Shown here: positions 19,107-28,952 of the stretch, one piece after another
Layout: every line of letters begins with the position of its first letter
Numbering within the stretch: position 1 is the first letter of the stretch
Source of the DNA: Chloroflexota bacterium
Lineage (GTDB): Bacteria; Chloroflexota; Dehalococcoidia; Lucifugimonadales; GCA-2717565
Assembly (NCBI GenBank): GCA_002717565.1
Contig: PBAZ01000001.1
Location: 261,683-325,682 of the forward strand
Direction of reading: 5' to 3'
DNA: 64,000 bases
Translations under genes and position numbers: made by a program
The notes under the pieces: model-generated
What the model saw: only the letters and a program-made list of their open reading frames with translations
Told to the model about the DNA's origin: nothing
Databases searched by the model: none

Positions 19107-21005
19107 TTACAATTCGCGGTATTCACCTTCCACTGTTTTGTCGTCATTATCTTCGGGTACATCGGCATTCTGGGTAGGATCACCGTTTTCGGGTCCTGCA
19201 GCAGAATAGACTTGGGCCCCCACTGCTTGAAGGACCTCGTTCAATGTCTGGAGTTTTTGCGATAGGGTTTCTGTATCTTCTTCATTTTGTAGTGCTGTAC
19301 GCGTTTCATCTATCGCAGTATGTACGTTTTGCTTGAGATCCTCTGTTATCTTATCGCCATTTTCCGCGATAAGTTTTTCTGCAGTATAGATCGCGCTATC
19401 GGCTTGATTTCTAATTTCAATGCTTTCTTTTCGTTTTTGGTCATCATCTGCATATTGCTCAGCTTCTTTGACCATGCGGTCTATGTCGTCGTCACTTAGT
19501 CCAGAACTGGTTTGTATGGTTACTCTTTGTTCTTTACCTGTTCCCTTGTCTTTTGCTGAGACGTTGAGTATGCCATTTGCATCTATATCAAAGGCTACTT
19601 CCACTTGGGGGATACCTCTCGGAGCAGGCAGGATGCCATCCAAGAGGAATTTCCCGATTGATTTGTTTCCGCTAGCGACAGAACGCTCTCCTTGTAGAAC
19701 ATGGATTTCGACACTTGGTTGGTTATCGGCAGCAGTGGAAAAGGTTTCCTCTTTTCTGGTTGGTATCGTTGTATTTCTTTGTATAAGAGGGGTGAATACT
19801 CCTCCCAATGTTTCCAGTCCTAAGGTTAGTGGGGTTACGTCAAGGAGTAGGATGTCTTGTACTTCTTTATTCAGTACGCCTCCTTGTATCGCTGCTCCCA
19901 GTGCTACAACTTCGTCTGGGTTCACACCTTTATTTGGTTCCTTGCCAAACAGGTCAACAACCATTTGTTGGACAGCCGGCATCCGTGTCATTCCCCCTAC
20001 TAGTATTACCTCACTGATTTGTTGTTTACTGAAACCAGAATCACGTATCGCGTTGTTACAGGGTTCGGACGTTTTCTGAATCAAATCCGCTACGAGTTGT
20101 TCCATCTGAGATCTCGAAAGATTCAGAACTAAGTGCTTAGGTCCATTAGCATCTGCGGTTATGAATGGAAGATTGATTTCCGTTTGCATAAGGGTAGATA
20201 GTTCTATTTTAGCCTTTTCTGCTGCCTCTTTTAGGCGTTGTAACGCCATTCGATCTTGTCGCAAATCTATTGTGTTCTCTTTTTTGAATTCGTCGCATAT
20301 CCAGTCTATGATTCGCTGATCGAAATCATCGCCTCCTAGGAAGGTATCACCGTTGGTCGACTTCACCTCGAAAACACCATCACCTAGCTCTAGGATAGAT
20401 ATATCAAAAGTTCCGCCACCTAGATCATATACAGCAATAACTTCTTCTTCTGATTTGCCTAGTCCGTATGCGAGTGCTGCTGCAGTGGGCTCGTTGATGA
20501 TTCTCAAGACTTCCAAGCCAGCGACTTGACCTGCATCCTGGGTAGCTTGGCGTTGGGCATCATTGAAATATGCAGGAACAGTTATGACAGCTTGGTTAAT
20601 CTGCTCGCCTAACTTTGCCTCTGCATCACTTTTTAGCTTTTGAAGTATCATTGCTGATACTTCTGGAGGCGAGTAGGATTTATCTCCCATATCTACCTGA
20701 GCATCACCTTTTGCATTTTTGGTAATGGCGTATGGTGCATGTTGCATCGCCTGCTGTACTTGTGAGACATCGTGTTTTTGTCCCATCAGCCGCTTGACAG
20801 AAAACACTGTATTTTCAGGATTAGTCACAGCTTGTCGTTTCGCAGCTTGACCGACATATCTTTCTCCCGTTTTTGGGTTGATTGCAACGACCGAAGGGGT
20901 TACCCTATTTCCTTCCGCATTTTCGGTGACATCAGGTTCCCCCGCTTCGATTACTGCCATGCAGGAGTTTGTAGTTCCTAAGTCAATTCCTAAAACTTTT
21001 GCCAT
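19107..21005 (-). CDS. dnaK: Molecular chaperone DnaK (Hsp70)
   Basis: [17 protein letters not shown] and [11 protein letters not shown] motifs; 632 aa. Confidence 0.98.
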   Translation of the reverse strand: MAKVLGIDLGTTNSCMAVIEAGEPDVTENAEGNRVTPSVVAINPKTGERYVGQAAKRQAVTNPENTVFSVKRLMGQKHDVSQVQQAMQHAPYAITKNAKGDAQVDMGDKSYSPPEVSAMILQKLKSDAEAKLGEQINQAVITVPAYFNDAQRQATQDAGQVAGLEVLRIINEPTAAALAYGLGKSEEEVIAVYDLGGGTFDISILELGDGVFEVKSTNGDTFLGGDDFDQRIIDWICDEFKKENTIDLRQDRMALQRLKEAAEKAKIELSTLMQTEINLPFITADANGPKHLVLNLSRSQMEQLVADLIQKTSEPCNNAIRDSGFSKQQISEVILVGGMTRMPAVQQMVVDLFGKEPNKGVNPDEVVALGAAIQGGVLNKEVQDILLLDVTPLTLGLETLGGVFTPLIQRNTTIPTRKEETFSTAADNQPSVEIHVLQGERSVASGNKSIGKFLLDGILPAPRGIPQVEVAFDIDANGILNVSAKDKGTGKEQRVTIQTSSGLSDDDIDRMVKEAEQYADDDQKRKESIEIRNQADSAIYTAEKLIAENGDKITEDLKQNVHTAIDETRTALQNEEDTETLSQKLQTLNEVLQAVGAQVYSAAGPENGDPTQNADVPEDNDDKTVEGEYREL

Positions 21006-21020
21006 GGTTCAATGGTCTCC

Positions 21021-21605
21021 TTATTCTTTGTCTTGTGGATTTGATTCACTCGCTGACTGAGATTTATGAGCGACTGATACTTGAGTTGCTCGGAGTAATT
21101 TCCCGTCTAGGAGATAGCCCTTCCTGAGTATAGCTACTATTTGTCCTTCATCGTATTCAGGATGAGCTTGATAGGTTAGCCCTTCATGGAATAGTGGGTC
21201 GAACGTATCTCCAGCGGATGCAGGTAGGGTGCTCAAACCTTCGATGGCTAGTACAGATTCTAGTTTGCGATAAATAAGTTCTATACCTGCAGCCCAAGTA
21301 GGGTCGGCTGTAAGTTTAGCGTCTTGCTGCATAGCTAGTTCAAAATCATCAATTATTGGCAATAGAGTTGAAAATACACGAGTCTTTTCGCGTTTGACTG
21401 TTTCGACTTTCTCATCTGCTGTGCGGCGTTTGAAATTGACTAGTTCTGCCTGAGCTCGCTGCATTCGGTCGCGATATTCATCTCGCTCTTGCACTGCCTG
21501 TATTACTGGATCTTGTAGAGGTTCCTCTGAAAGAGGAACCTCTACCTCTTGATCACAGCCATTTTCATTCTGAGTTTCTGTGTATTCTCGATTGATTTCA
21601 TCCAT
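21021..21605 (-). CDS. grpE: Nucleotide exchange factor GrpE
   Basis: Long N-terminal helix (RDRMQRAQAELVNFKRR) and C-terminal beta domain (FDPLFHEGL...VAILRKGYLLDGKLLRATQV). Confidence 0.93.
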   Translation of the reverse strand: MDEINREYTETQNENGCDQEVEVPLSEEPLQDPVIQAVQERDEYRDRMQRAQAELVNFKRRTADEKVETVKREKTRVFSTLLPIIDDFELAMQQDAKLTADPTWAAGIELIYRKLESVLAIEGLSTLPASAGDTFDPLFHEGLTYQAHPEYDEGQIVAILRKGYLLDGKLLRATQVSVAHKSQSASESNPQDKE

Positions 21606-21678
21606 TTTTCGACTCCAAGTTTCCTAGAACAAAGCCTTGGTGAGTTTTTTTGTCGTGTGTGAAAGGGGGCATATGGTT

Positions 21679-22149
21679 TCACCCCGACAATTTTAGCATA
21701 TCAAAAATAGTATTCAGCCTACCATCTACTTCTGCCTGTATAGCTTTGGCTGAAGTATGTCGATGGGCACTGATTTGGGTATCGATCAATCTGTTTAGTA
21801 TATCTAGAATAAGCTCGACTCCAGCCAAATTAAGTCCAAGATCGTCGACTAAATGTTTGATTACCCTTAATCTGGCTATGTCTTCCTCGGAATACAGCCG
21901 GCGTATTCCTACTGTTCTCGCTGGATTAATAAGACCCACGCGCTCGTATTTTCTTAAAGTCTGAGGATGTACTTCTAGAAGCCTCGCAGCAACGCTAATT
22001 ACATATACACCTTCCAATTCGCGTTGATGATCCTCAGAACTAGACTCCCTGGTTCTGGTAGTATTTTGATCAGCTTGGGTTAAATCAATCGTTTCTGTTA
22101 TACGCCGCCATCCGGTCGAGGGGTCGTAACTTATTCTTGTTCTTCGCAT
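21679..22149 (-). CDS. hspR: MerR-family heat-shock repressor, HspR-like
   Basis: VYVISVAARLLEVHPQTLRKYERVGLINPARTVGIRRLYSEEDIARLRVIKHLVDDLGLNLAGVE is an HspR-type MerR HTH. The gene sits directly upstream of grpE-dnaK. The track start (TTG 22215) is the -35 box of the promoter, so the true start is downstream. I chose ATG 22149; ATG 22182 is also possible. Confidence 0.8.
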   Translation of the reverse strand: MRRTRISYDPSTGWRRITETIDLTQADQNTTRTRESSSEDHQRELEGVYVISVAARLLEVHPQTLRKYERVGLINPARTVGIRRLYSEEDIARLRVIKHLVDDLGLNLAGVELILDILNRLIDTQISAHRHTSAKAIQAEVDGRLNTIFDMLKLSG

Positions 22150-22186
22150 TAGTGCACACCCATACAACAAAAAGCTATCCATTGCA

Positions 22187-22216
22187 ATAATAAATCTTGA
22201 TACGCTCATTGTCAAG
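22187..22216 (-). promoter_or_regulatory. Sigma-70-type promoter TTGACA-17 nt-TATTAT overlapped by a HAIR-like inverted repeat CTTGACA-N7-TATCAAG
   Basis: The minus strand reads aattCTTGACAATGAGCGTATCAAGATTTATTATtgcaATG. The -35 is at 22215..22210 and the -10 at 22192..22187, with an exact 17-nt spacer. The inverted repeat spans 22216..22196. Its half-sites match each other 6/7 and share CTTGA/TCAAG with the actinobacterial HspR operator consensus CTTGAGT-N7-ACTCAAG. Confidence 0.55.
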
Positions 22217-22259
22217 AATTATTATCTTTTGGGCACAGGTTGTAGACATTTAGTCCATT

Positions 22260-23492
22260 TCACACGGAGTTTAGCAATTTAACAGTTTCAATGATTGCGT
22301 GTGTAGTTGCCCGCAGTTTCACTGCTAATCTATTGGAACGAAATGTTCCAGTTATGGCTGTGCCTTTATCTTTATACTGTATGCCAATGTAATACGTTCC
22401 GGGTTCTTCTTTTTCTGCAGCTGTAGGGCCGGCTGATCCGGTTATAGAAATTCCAACATCAGCATTTGTTAATTCAATTGTCCGTTTTGCCATTGATAGC
22501 GCGACTTGTGGACTGACTACTCCATATGTGTGGATATCATTCTGCGAAACACCTAGATTAGTTTTTGCTTGAGTTTCGTAAGTGATAAATCCCCCTTTGT
22601 AGTACGCAGAACTACCAGGGACATCTGTGATAGTGGAACCAATCAGGCCACCAGTCATTGATTCCATGGTAGCTATAGTTGCTCCTTTGTTTGTTAGTAG
22701 TGCTCCTAATACCCCGGCGGGGGTATCCTCGTCCCAACCCCAAATGAATTCCTTTAAGGAATGTACAATTGCTTGCTGTATATTTATCAGTTTCTTATTG
22801 GCTTCTTCGCTGGAGGGAGCCATACTAATTATTCTCAAGTGAATTCCATCAGGTTTTGCATATATACCTGTATAGGGATCTTTTTCAGATAATATTTCGG
22901 GGATTAAATCGCTCACAGCGGATTCGGAAAGTCCGAAAGTTTTAATAGTACGAGTTTTGATCGCGAGATTTGTATTTGCATTAGCCATTATTGTGGAACC
23001 AGCCTCTTGCCACATTTTTTCCATTTCATGTGGAACTCCAGGCAGGGATAAAAGTACTTTTCCATCTGATTGAATGAGAAGTCCAGGTGCTGTACCGGCT
23101 GTATTTAATATTGGCTGAGCTGAAGGGATTATATCTGCCTGACGCAGGTTTATAGATGCAGGAGTTCTTCCTGTCCGGTTACTTAGAAATTGTTTGATGT
23201 GGTTTTCGATATTTGGATCTCGGTACAATTCCTCGTTGAAAAGTTTTGCGATTGCGTCTCGTGTCAGATCGTCGTGGGTAGGACCCAGTCCTCCAGTAAC
23301 CACAATTATTTTGGAACGATTCCAAGCAAGTGATAAAATGTCCACAATTTCATCCAAATCATCGCGCACTTGAGTAACATGTGTTGTTTTCATGCCAAAA
23401 GCAGTTAGTTGGTTTGTGAGGTAGGTTGCATTGGTGTCTGTGATTTCTCCCATTAGGAGCTCAGTACCAATGGACACGATCTCTGCTTTCAT
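22260..23492 (-). CDS. cinA: CinA-family protein (MoCF-binding domain + nicotinamide-nucleotide amidase PncC domain)
   Basis: MKAEIVSIGTELLMGEITDTNATYL..., GGLGPTHDDLT and a C-terminal CinA/PncC domain (ESMTGGL). Confidence 0.9.
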   Translation of the reverse strand: MKAEIVSIGTELLMGEITDTNATYLTNQLTAFGMKTTHVTQVRDDLDEIVDILSLAWNRSKIIVVTGGLGPTHDDLTRDAIAKLFNEELYRDPNIENHIKQFLSNRTGRTPASINLRQADIIPSAQPILNTAGTAPGLLIQSDGKVLLSLPGVPHEMEKMWQEAGSTIMANANTNLAIKTRTIKTFGLSESAVSDLIPEILSEKDPYTGIYAKPDGIHLRIISMAPSSEEANKKLINIQQAIVHSLKEFIWGWDEDTPAGVLGALLTNKGATIATMESMTGGLIGSTITDVPGSSAYYKGGFITYETQAKTNLGVSQNDIHTYGVVSPQVALSMAKRTIELTNADVGISITGSAGPTAAEKEEPGTYYIGIQYKDKGTAITGTFRSNRLAVKLRATTHAIIETVKLLNSV

Positions 23493-23547
23493 ATCAGGAT
23501 AATCCTTTTTGGAAGGTGCACGACTATGTTAGGAAATGAGATACGTA

Positions 23548-24579
23548 CTAGGACTTAGTCGCTTCTTGGTCAGAGTCAACATATGGAGGAGATTCAAGTA
23601 CCTTTAGGAGACTATCAACCCATTCAGCGTCTAATGCAAGAACAGCATCTATCCCGAATATTTTCGAGTAGTACGCGTCGCCGTCTTGGGTTTTATCTCC
23701 TAGATTCCATATTCTTTGATGGAAGACTTCTAGTAGGGTCTGGTTGTCCCCTTCTTCAATCACTCCATACTCGAGGCGTATGGCTCCGAAGGGGTCATCA
23801 AGCCCATATTGAGCAGGATTTGTCATTTCAGCTTCGACTCGATACTGAATTTGGGGTCCTTTGAGCAATGGAGCAACTTCAGCTTCCCAGGCGGTGAGAT
23901 CTATGGGATCTCTTTCAGCGGGTCGCTTACTAGTGTTGAATTGCCATCCTCGGGTTTTGTTCTTCGCAAATGCTACCTTTTCAAGGCCTCGTGATACATC
24001 CAATTCACTAACCCTGTCTGAAGTAGCGTGGAAGTACCATTTAGCATAGGGTATGTCCTTCAGCAAGTTGACCATTACGCCTGAGAAGGAAGCATCTACA
24101 AGGTATACATCTGAGGAGTCCTTAATTGTGACATAGTCGTTTGTGCGATCCTCTGTAGGATTGCCAATTCGATATTCGAAGACTCTATCGCCTTTTGCGT
24201 ACATACGAATAATGGTTCTCGGGTCGTCGAGTCCATATTCAATTGGGTCCATTGAGTTGTCACACAATAGTCTGGAAGATCTGGGTCCGCTTAGAAGGTA
24301 GACAATACCTCCCCATCGTTCTAAGTCTACTTCAGTCGGGGATTCACCCTGAATGATCCAGTCGCTCCCTTTTTGTGTGAATTCGATTTCGCTACCCTCG
24401 TGTACTACCGTTACTCCGTGAATGTCTTCTGGGGTCACAAGCATTACAAATGGTTCTCCGCAGTCTCGAGGGGCATTAGGATCGATAGTCGTGCTCTGCG
24501 GTCTGGCCTGCGAGAATATCACTGTACCCGCAACCATTATCAAGAGGATGAGTAATATGACGGATGTTCGCACGTTCAC
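23548..24579 (-). CDS. DUF4340-like exported protein, accessory to the GldG-type ABC cluster
   Basis: A single N-terminal TM/signal anchor (VILLILLIMVAGTVIF) followed by a beta-rich soluble region. Its position immediately downstream of the GldG-like gene is typical of DUF4340 proteins. The assignment is from memory of that family and was not searched. Confidence 0.6.
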   Translation of the reverse strand: MNVRTSVILLILLIMVAGTVIFSQARPQSTTIDPNAPRDCGEPFVMLVTPEDIHGVTVVHEGSEIEFTQKGSDWIIQGESPTEVDLERWGGIVYLLSGPRSSRLLCDNSMDPIEYGLDDPRTIIRMYAKGDRVFEYRIGNPTEDRTNDYVTIKDSSDVYLVDASFSGVMVNLLKDIPYAKWYFHATSDRVSELDVSRGLEKVAFAKNKTRGWQFNTSKRPAERDPIDLTAWEAEVAPLLKGPQIQYRVEAEMTNPAQYGLDDPFGAIRLEYGVIEEGDNQTLLEVFHQRIWNLGDKTQDGDAYYSKIFGIDAVLALDAEWVDSLLKVLESPPYVDSDQEATKS

Positions 24580-24609
24580 AAGAAACTCCGATAAGGACCA
24601 TTTAACATA

Positions 24610-26403
24610 TTAGTGTCGACGCCACCAGACTATCGTTCCCAAGATGAGTATAGTGGTAGGGAGTAAGAAGAGACTGGAATATCGGATGAATTGAAATTCT
24701 TCTTTGTTTGTAACCAGTTCGCGGAATACGGTGGTCTTAGGCCTGATGGAGATTAGGTCATAATCACCTGTGAGCCAGTTTATCGAATTGAGTAGGAAAT
24801 CCCGATTACTGAAAGCATCGAACCATCGGTTTGATGCAAAGTCTACATCTCCGAACACCACTATACGAGTTGGGGTTTCACTGACCGGTATTTCGCGGGG
24901 CGTATTTTCGGCATTTAGTTCCCCTGGGATTGGTCCGTAGCTTTGTACTGCCACGGATATTGCTACTGGTCCCCTTCTGTCAAGTGTAGGGTCGAAACTA
25001 TTGTCCTCTTCGCGTGCGGTAATCCAACTATCAAACGATGTAAGCGCAAGTGGTATGACTTTCATTGTTGGTGGAATTAAATCAGGAGGTAGCGATGATG
25101 TTATTCCGACTGCATTGGGGTAAAAAGTTACATCCAAATTGTTTGTGATGCTTACTGGGTTTTCTCGTGGGTAGGTGTTTCCGAATTCTTCAGGGTTGCG
25201 ATTGTACGACGTTGGTTCAAGTATAGGAGTCCTTGGACTTCCAGTTACTGAACTTCCCTGATCTACTACCATGCCTGGTGCCGGGAAAGCCCGCGCAGCG
25301 GAACGATTCCATAAGTTATCCGTTGCGTCCACTTCGACCGGTATCTCAACAGTTGAAAGAAGGGCTACTCCCCATGGGTGCAATAGACGGCGCCAATCTC
25401 TTGGTATATCGGGATCAGCAAGGACTAACATATTGCCACCCATTTCCAAGTACTCTTTAAGTAGTTCTTCTTCATTGGTGCCGCGCGTCAAGAAGCCTCT
25501 CGATGGCCCTGCAGCGATTAGTACTGCAGCGTCTTCGGGAACTTTGCCTTCCTTGAACAAATTCAGTGTATCTACTCTGTAGTTATCAGATATTAAGCCT
25601 CTTGCAGCGAGGCCAATGTCCTGATCGCTTATTATGTCCGTAGGAATTCTTTCCCCGTGGCCAATAAGGAAATACACAACTTTTTGCATTTCGCCTGTGA
25701 CAACAAACAGGCCACTGGTGAAATCTTGTTCAGTTACGGGTGGGGTGAGAATTTGATGTCGTCTGCCGGTGTCTTTATTCTCAAGCACTACAGTTCCAAA
25801 TTCAGTTACTTCGTACCTTCGAGCAGTTGAGGGATCTAACTCGGGGTCAACAAATCGGAAACTGAATTTATCGGAAGTTTGTGCAAATTCGTAAAGTAGT
25901 GTCTCTGTCTGGTATTTCAGTTGTTGTTGAAGTTGATCTGTCGGAACGAAAAATGCTATAGCCTCTATTTCTTCCTCAAGGTCAGCTAGCGCGTTTACGG
26001 TTTGTTTCGAGAGGGTAAATTGTTTTGTTGCAGTCGTGTCGAATCTGAATTCCTGAATAGCCACGATCAGGTATAAAAGCACAGTCAAGGCTAGGAAGAG
26101 AACTATCATGATGATAGTATTGGCACCATACCGTCCTTTTCTGCCTGTTATAGTGCTTAGTACAGTTCTGAATGATCCTATCCCCGCTAATCCTAGCAGG
26201 GCTAGCCCGAGGTATAGGACCGGACCCGTGAACGTTCTGAGATCAGGTGCCCACAGGTATATAATGGTAGCCCCAATCAAAGCAATTGCTCCTGACATTC
26301 CAAACACAGGGCTGAGGTCTGACAATGAGGCAAAAGTCTTACCCAATATTGTTTGATTTGTTATGTCGGATTCATGTCGATCAGGTACTCTACGGGAACT
26401 CAA
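24610..26403 (-). CDS. GldG-like ABC-transport auxiliary component (large periplasmic/extracytoplasmic protein with N- and C-terminal TM anchors)
   Basis: 597 aa. N-terminal TM helices, a large soluble middle and a C-terminal TM (LFLLPTTILILGTIVWW). It directly follows the ABC-2 permease and ATPase, as in gldA-gldF-gldG type clusters. Confidence 0.72.
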   Translation of the reverse strand: MSSRRVPDRHESDITNQTILGKTFASLSDLSPVFGMSGAIALIGATIIYLWAPDLRTFTGPVLYLGLALLGLAGIGSFRTVLSTITGRKGRYGANTIIMIVLFLALTVLLYLIVAIQEFRFDTTATKQFTLSKQTVNALADLEEEIEAIAFFVPTDQLQQQLKYQTETLLYEFAQTSDKFSFRFVDPELDPSTARRYEVTEFGTVVLENKDTGRRHQILTPPVTEQDFTSGLFVVTGEMQKVVYFLIGHGERIPTDIISDQDIGLAARGLISDNYRVDTLNLFKEGKVPEDAAVLIAAGPSRGFLTRGTNEEELLKEYLEMGGNMLVLADPDIPRDWRRLLHPWGVALLSTVEIPVEVDATDNLWNRSAARAFPAPGMVVDQGSSVTGSPRTPILEPTSYNRNPEEFGNTYPRENPVSITNNLDVTFYPNAVGITSSLPPDLIPPTMKVIPLALTSFDSWITAREEDNSFDPTLDRRGPVAISVAVQSYGPIPGELNAENTPREIPVSETPTRIVVFGDVDFASNRWFDAFSNRDFLLNSINWLTGDYDLISIRPKTTVFRELVTNKEEFQFIRYSSLFLLPTTILILGTIVWWRRH

Positions 26404-26404
26404 T

Positions 26405-27124
26405 TTACCTCCACCGTCTACTTTCTAGAGATCGTATGGTCAAGAACAGGAAAACAGCCGCTATAGCTAAATAATACCCGAAGTCTCTTGTTGACAAGAC
26501 GCCTCGAAGGAAGTCTTCAAGATGGCTGTTGATAGCAAGTTCCTCAAGTATCACTGCTGCTACACCGTCAACTTGTCTCGCAGCTTCCTGGCTAATCGTA
26601 AGGATTACTAGGATACCAAAGCCTACGACCGCTGCGACGATTTGGTTTGGACTCAAAGACGAAGCAAGAAGTCCGACAGAAAGGGCAGCTACGCCGTACA
26701 TGATGAATCCTACATATGCGCTCAGCAGTGGCATTATGTCAGGATCTCCAAAAACGAAAAGCAGCAGCACAAACCAAATGGTGAACGACAGGGTGCCTAG
26801 GAAAATAACGAGGCTGGCTATGAATTTTCCTAACACGATTTCTGAGTCTCGTACTGGCGCAGTCATAAGAAGCTCAAGAGTTCCTAGCTTTTGCTCTTCA
26901 GCAAGTAGCCGCATAGTGATAATAGGTGCCCATATGGGCATTATCAGCACTACAGCCCTATCTAGAAAGCCACGTACTGATGCGACTGGGAACGGGACAC
27001 TGAGTGCGTCTATGAAGAAGAACCCTGTGAGCCCCACAAAGAATGCACCGATGACGTAAGCCATTGGCGATCCAAAGTAGGAGCGGATCTCTTTCATTGC
27101 TATAGCTATGATGTTTCTTATCAC
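26405..27124 (-). CDS. ABC-2 type transporter permease (GldF-like)
   Basis: Six predicted TM helices. The N-terminus MIRNIIAIAMKEIRSYFGSPMAYV is typical of ABC-2 permeases. There is a 4-nt ATGA overlap with the ATPase gene. Confidence 0.82.
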   Translation of the reverse strand: MIRNIIAIAMKEIRSYFGSPMAYVIGAFFVGLTGFFFIDALSVPFPVASVRGFLDRAVVLIMPIWAPIITMRLLAEEQKLGTLELLMTAPVRDSEIVLGKFIASLVIFLGTLSFTIWFVLLLFVFGDPDIMPLLSAYVGFIMYGVAALSVGLLASSLSPNQIVAAVVGFGILVILTISQEAARQVDGVAAVILEELAINSHLEDFLRGVLSTRDFGYYLAIAAVFLFLTIRSLESRRWR

Positions 27125-28068
27125 TGCGACTCTCTATCTGTGGTTGTAAGTTCAAGGAATATTTCTTCAAGGCTCATTTCCACGGATTGAAGTTCAAGTA
27201 GTCCCCATCCCTTCTGAACTATGGCTTGTGCTATCGACTCTCTGATATCCCCATCCAATCTGGCTTCGATTAAGTATGCCAGAGGGTTGTCGGAGTCTCT
27301 ATGCACGTCTTGCACACCCTGAATCTCTCTTAATGCAGGCATCACTTCGTTACTGGGTCCGTTTATCGTTGCTGAGACTCGTTGAGACCTTTGCAGGTGG
27401 GAGGACAGGTTTGCAGGCGTGTCAACTGCAACGACTTGTCCTTCGTGGATGATAATAACTCGATCGCATACCATACTGACCTCTGGTAGTATGTGCGAGC
27501 TCAATACGAGAGTATGTTTTCCTCCCAGACTGCGTATGAGCTGCCTAGTTTCTACTACCTGTATTGGGTCAATTCCTATTGTCGGTTCATCCAGAATCAG
27601 GACATCTGGGTCATGCAGAATCGCTTGGCCGATGCCTACCCTTTGTCTATATCCTTTGGAAAGATTAGCAATGAAGCTTTTTTGATATTCTTGTAGTCCG
27701 CAGGTTTCAATCACTTCCGGGAGGCGTTCTTTCAAATTTGCTGTGGGCATACCTCGCAACGTTCCCATGTAGGTGAGATATTCGCTAACTGTCATGTCAG
27801 TATATAAAGGAACAGTTTCTGGGAGGTAGCCAATTCGTTGCCGAGCTTTTAGTGATTCTGTAGTGATATCGTATCCGCTGATGCGAGCTGTGCCTGAAGA
27901 GGGTGGCATGAACCCTGTTAAGATGCGCATACAAGTCGTTTTCCCAGCGCCGTTTGGTCCTAGTAGCCCGAGGATTTCTCCTTCTTCAACGGAGAAGTTA
28001 ATGTTTTCGATACCTATAAAATTTCCGTAGTGCTTTGTGAGGTTGTCAGCTTCAATCATTACAGTCAT
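27121..28068 (-). CDS. ABC transporter ATP-binding protein (GldA-like)
   Basis: Walker A GPNGAGKTT, signature LSKGYRQR, Walker B LILDEPT and an H-loop SSHIL. Confidence 0.92.
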   Translation of the reverse strand: MTVMIEADNLTKHYGNFIGIENINFSVEEGEILGLLGPNGAGKTTCMRILTGFMPPSSGTARISGYDITTESLKARQRIGYLPETVPLYTDMTVSEYLTYMGTLRGMPTANLKERLPEVIETCGLQEYQKSFIANLSKGYRQRVGIGQAILHDPDVLILDEPTIGIDPIQVVETRQLIRSLGGKHTLVLSSHILPEVSMVCDRVIIIHEGQVVAVDTPANLSSHLQRSQRVSATINGPSNEVMPALREIQGVQDVHRDSDNPLAYLIEARLDGDIRESIAQAIVQKGWGLLELQSVEMSLEEIFLELTTTDRESQ

Positions 28069-28411
28069 GAGAGCATCCTAAAGCGATATTTGGTGCGGCT
28101 CGTTTAGCGAGTGGACGCCTTGGACCGTAGGCGGTAGGGTTATGCCCTATTCTCAAAAAATGAACACGCTTGGCAAGTATAGACTATACCTAGGTAGCAT
28201 CGCAACGTTACTGTCTCAGAAAGTGAAATGCTTCCAACAAGATTTTTGAGTATGAAGTCTGATAATAGTTGGATTCGGGAATTTCTTGCGTGGGTGCGAA
28301 GACGGGGTAATTAGTAGCAGTATTTGCGATGTTTCCATTGGGTTATTGTAGGTGGTTGCCTGCTATGATACGAGTCTCGATTGATATTTATTAAAGGGGG
28401 CAGCGGATTTT

Positions 28412-28864
28412 ATGGGCGAAACCAATCTTGATGAATCTGGGTCCACGAGTGATTACGAACTGGCCTTAAGGCACTTTAACGTTGGTAACATGAAACTTGA
28501 TGGAGGATCCCCGATTGAAGCAGCAACTGAGTATCAGTCGGCGATTGAGTTATGGGAGCATGACGCACGATTTTACAACAACTTGGGTATAGCATATCGA
28601 CAGAGGGGTGAATTAGGTGGTGCAGAAAAGAACCTAAGGAAAGCTCTTGAGCTCGATGCGAAATATCGAGATGCATACAGTAACTTGGGACTTACGCTGC
28701 TTGATCTAGAGTTGTATGAAGAGGCAGTTGTGAATTTTACAGTTGCATTATCGATTGATCCCAATTTTTGGTATGCCTATAACGGACGAGGCTTAGCTTA
28801 TTGGGCTCTTGGGAAAAGAGAAGAGGCACTCTCCGACTATGAGAGACTCAAGAACCTGAGGTGA
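28412..28864 (+). CDS. Tetratricopeptide (TPR) repeat protein
   Basis: Three to four 34-aa repeats with the A/Y/N-L-G pattern (YNNLGIAYRQRGELGGAEKNLRKALELDAKYRDAYSNLGLTL..., AYNGRGLAYWALGKREEAL). Confidence 0.82.
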   Translation: MGETNLDESGSTSDYELALRHFNVGNMKLDGGSPIEAATEYQSAIELWEHDARFYNNLGIAYRQRGELGGAEKNLRKALELDAKYRDAYSNLGLTLLDLELYEEAVVNFTVALSIDPNFWYAYNGRGLAYWALGKREEALSDYERLKNLR

Positions 28865-28952
28865 CATTATCGTTTGTTATCCACCTAGGCGTAGTCGGTG
28901 ATTGCCCCTATCTCTAAATCTTGTCAGGTGTGACCTGAATTAGGTTAGTTGA

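Noticed and set aside
19420-21060. Multiple plus-strand ORFs (219, 69, 69 and 60 aa) over dnaK and grpE
   Set aside because: They are antisense to highly conserved chaperone genes and are Ser/Leu/Pro-rich shadow frames.
26529-27059. 176-aa plus-strand ORF
   Set aside because: It is antisense to the ABC-2 permease. Hydrophobic genes commonly give long Ser/Thr/Ala-rich shadow ORFs.
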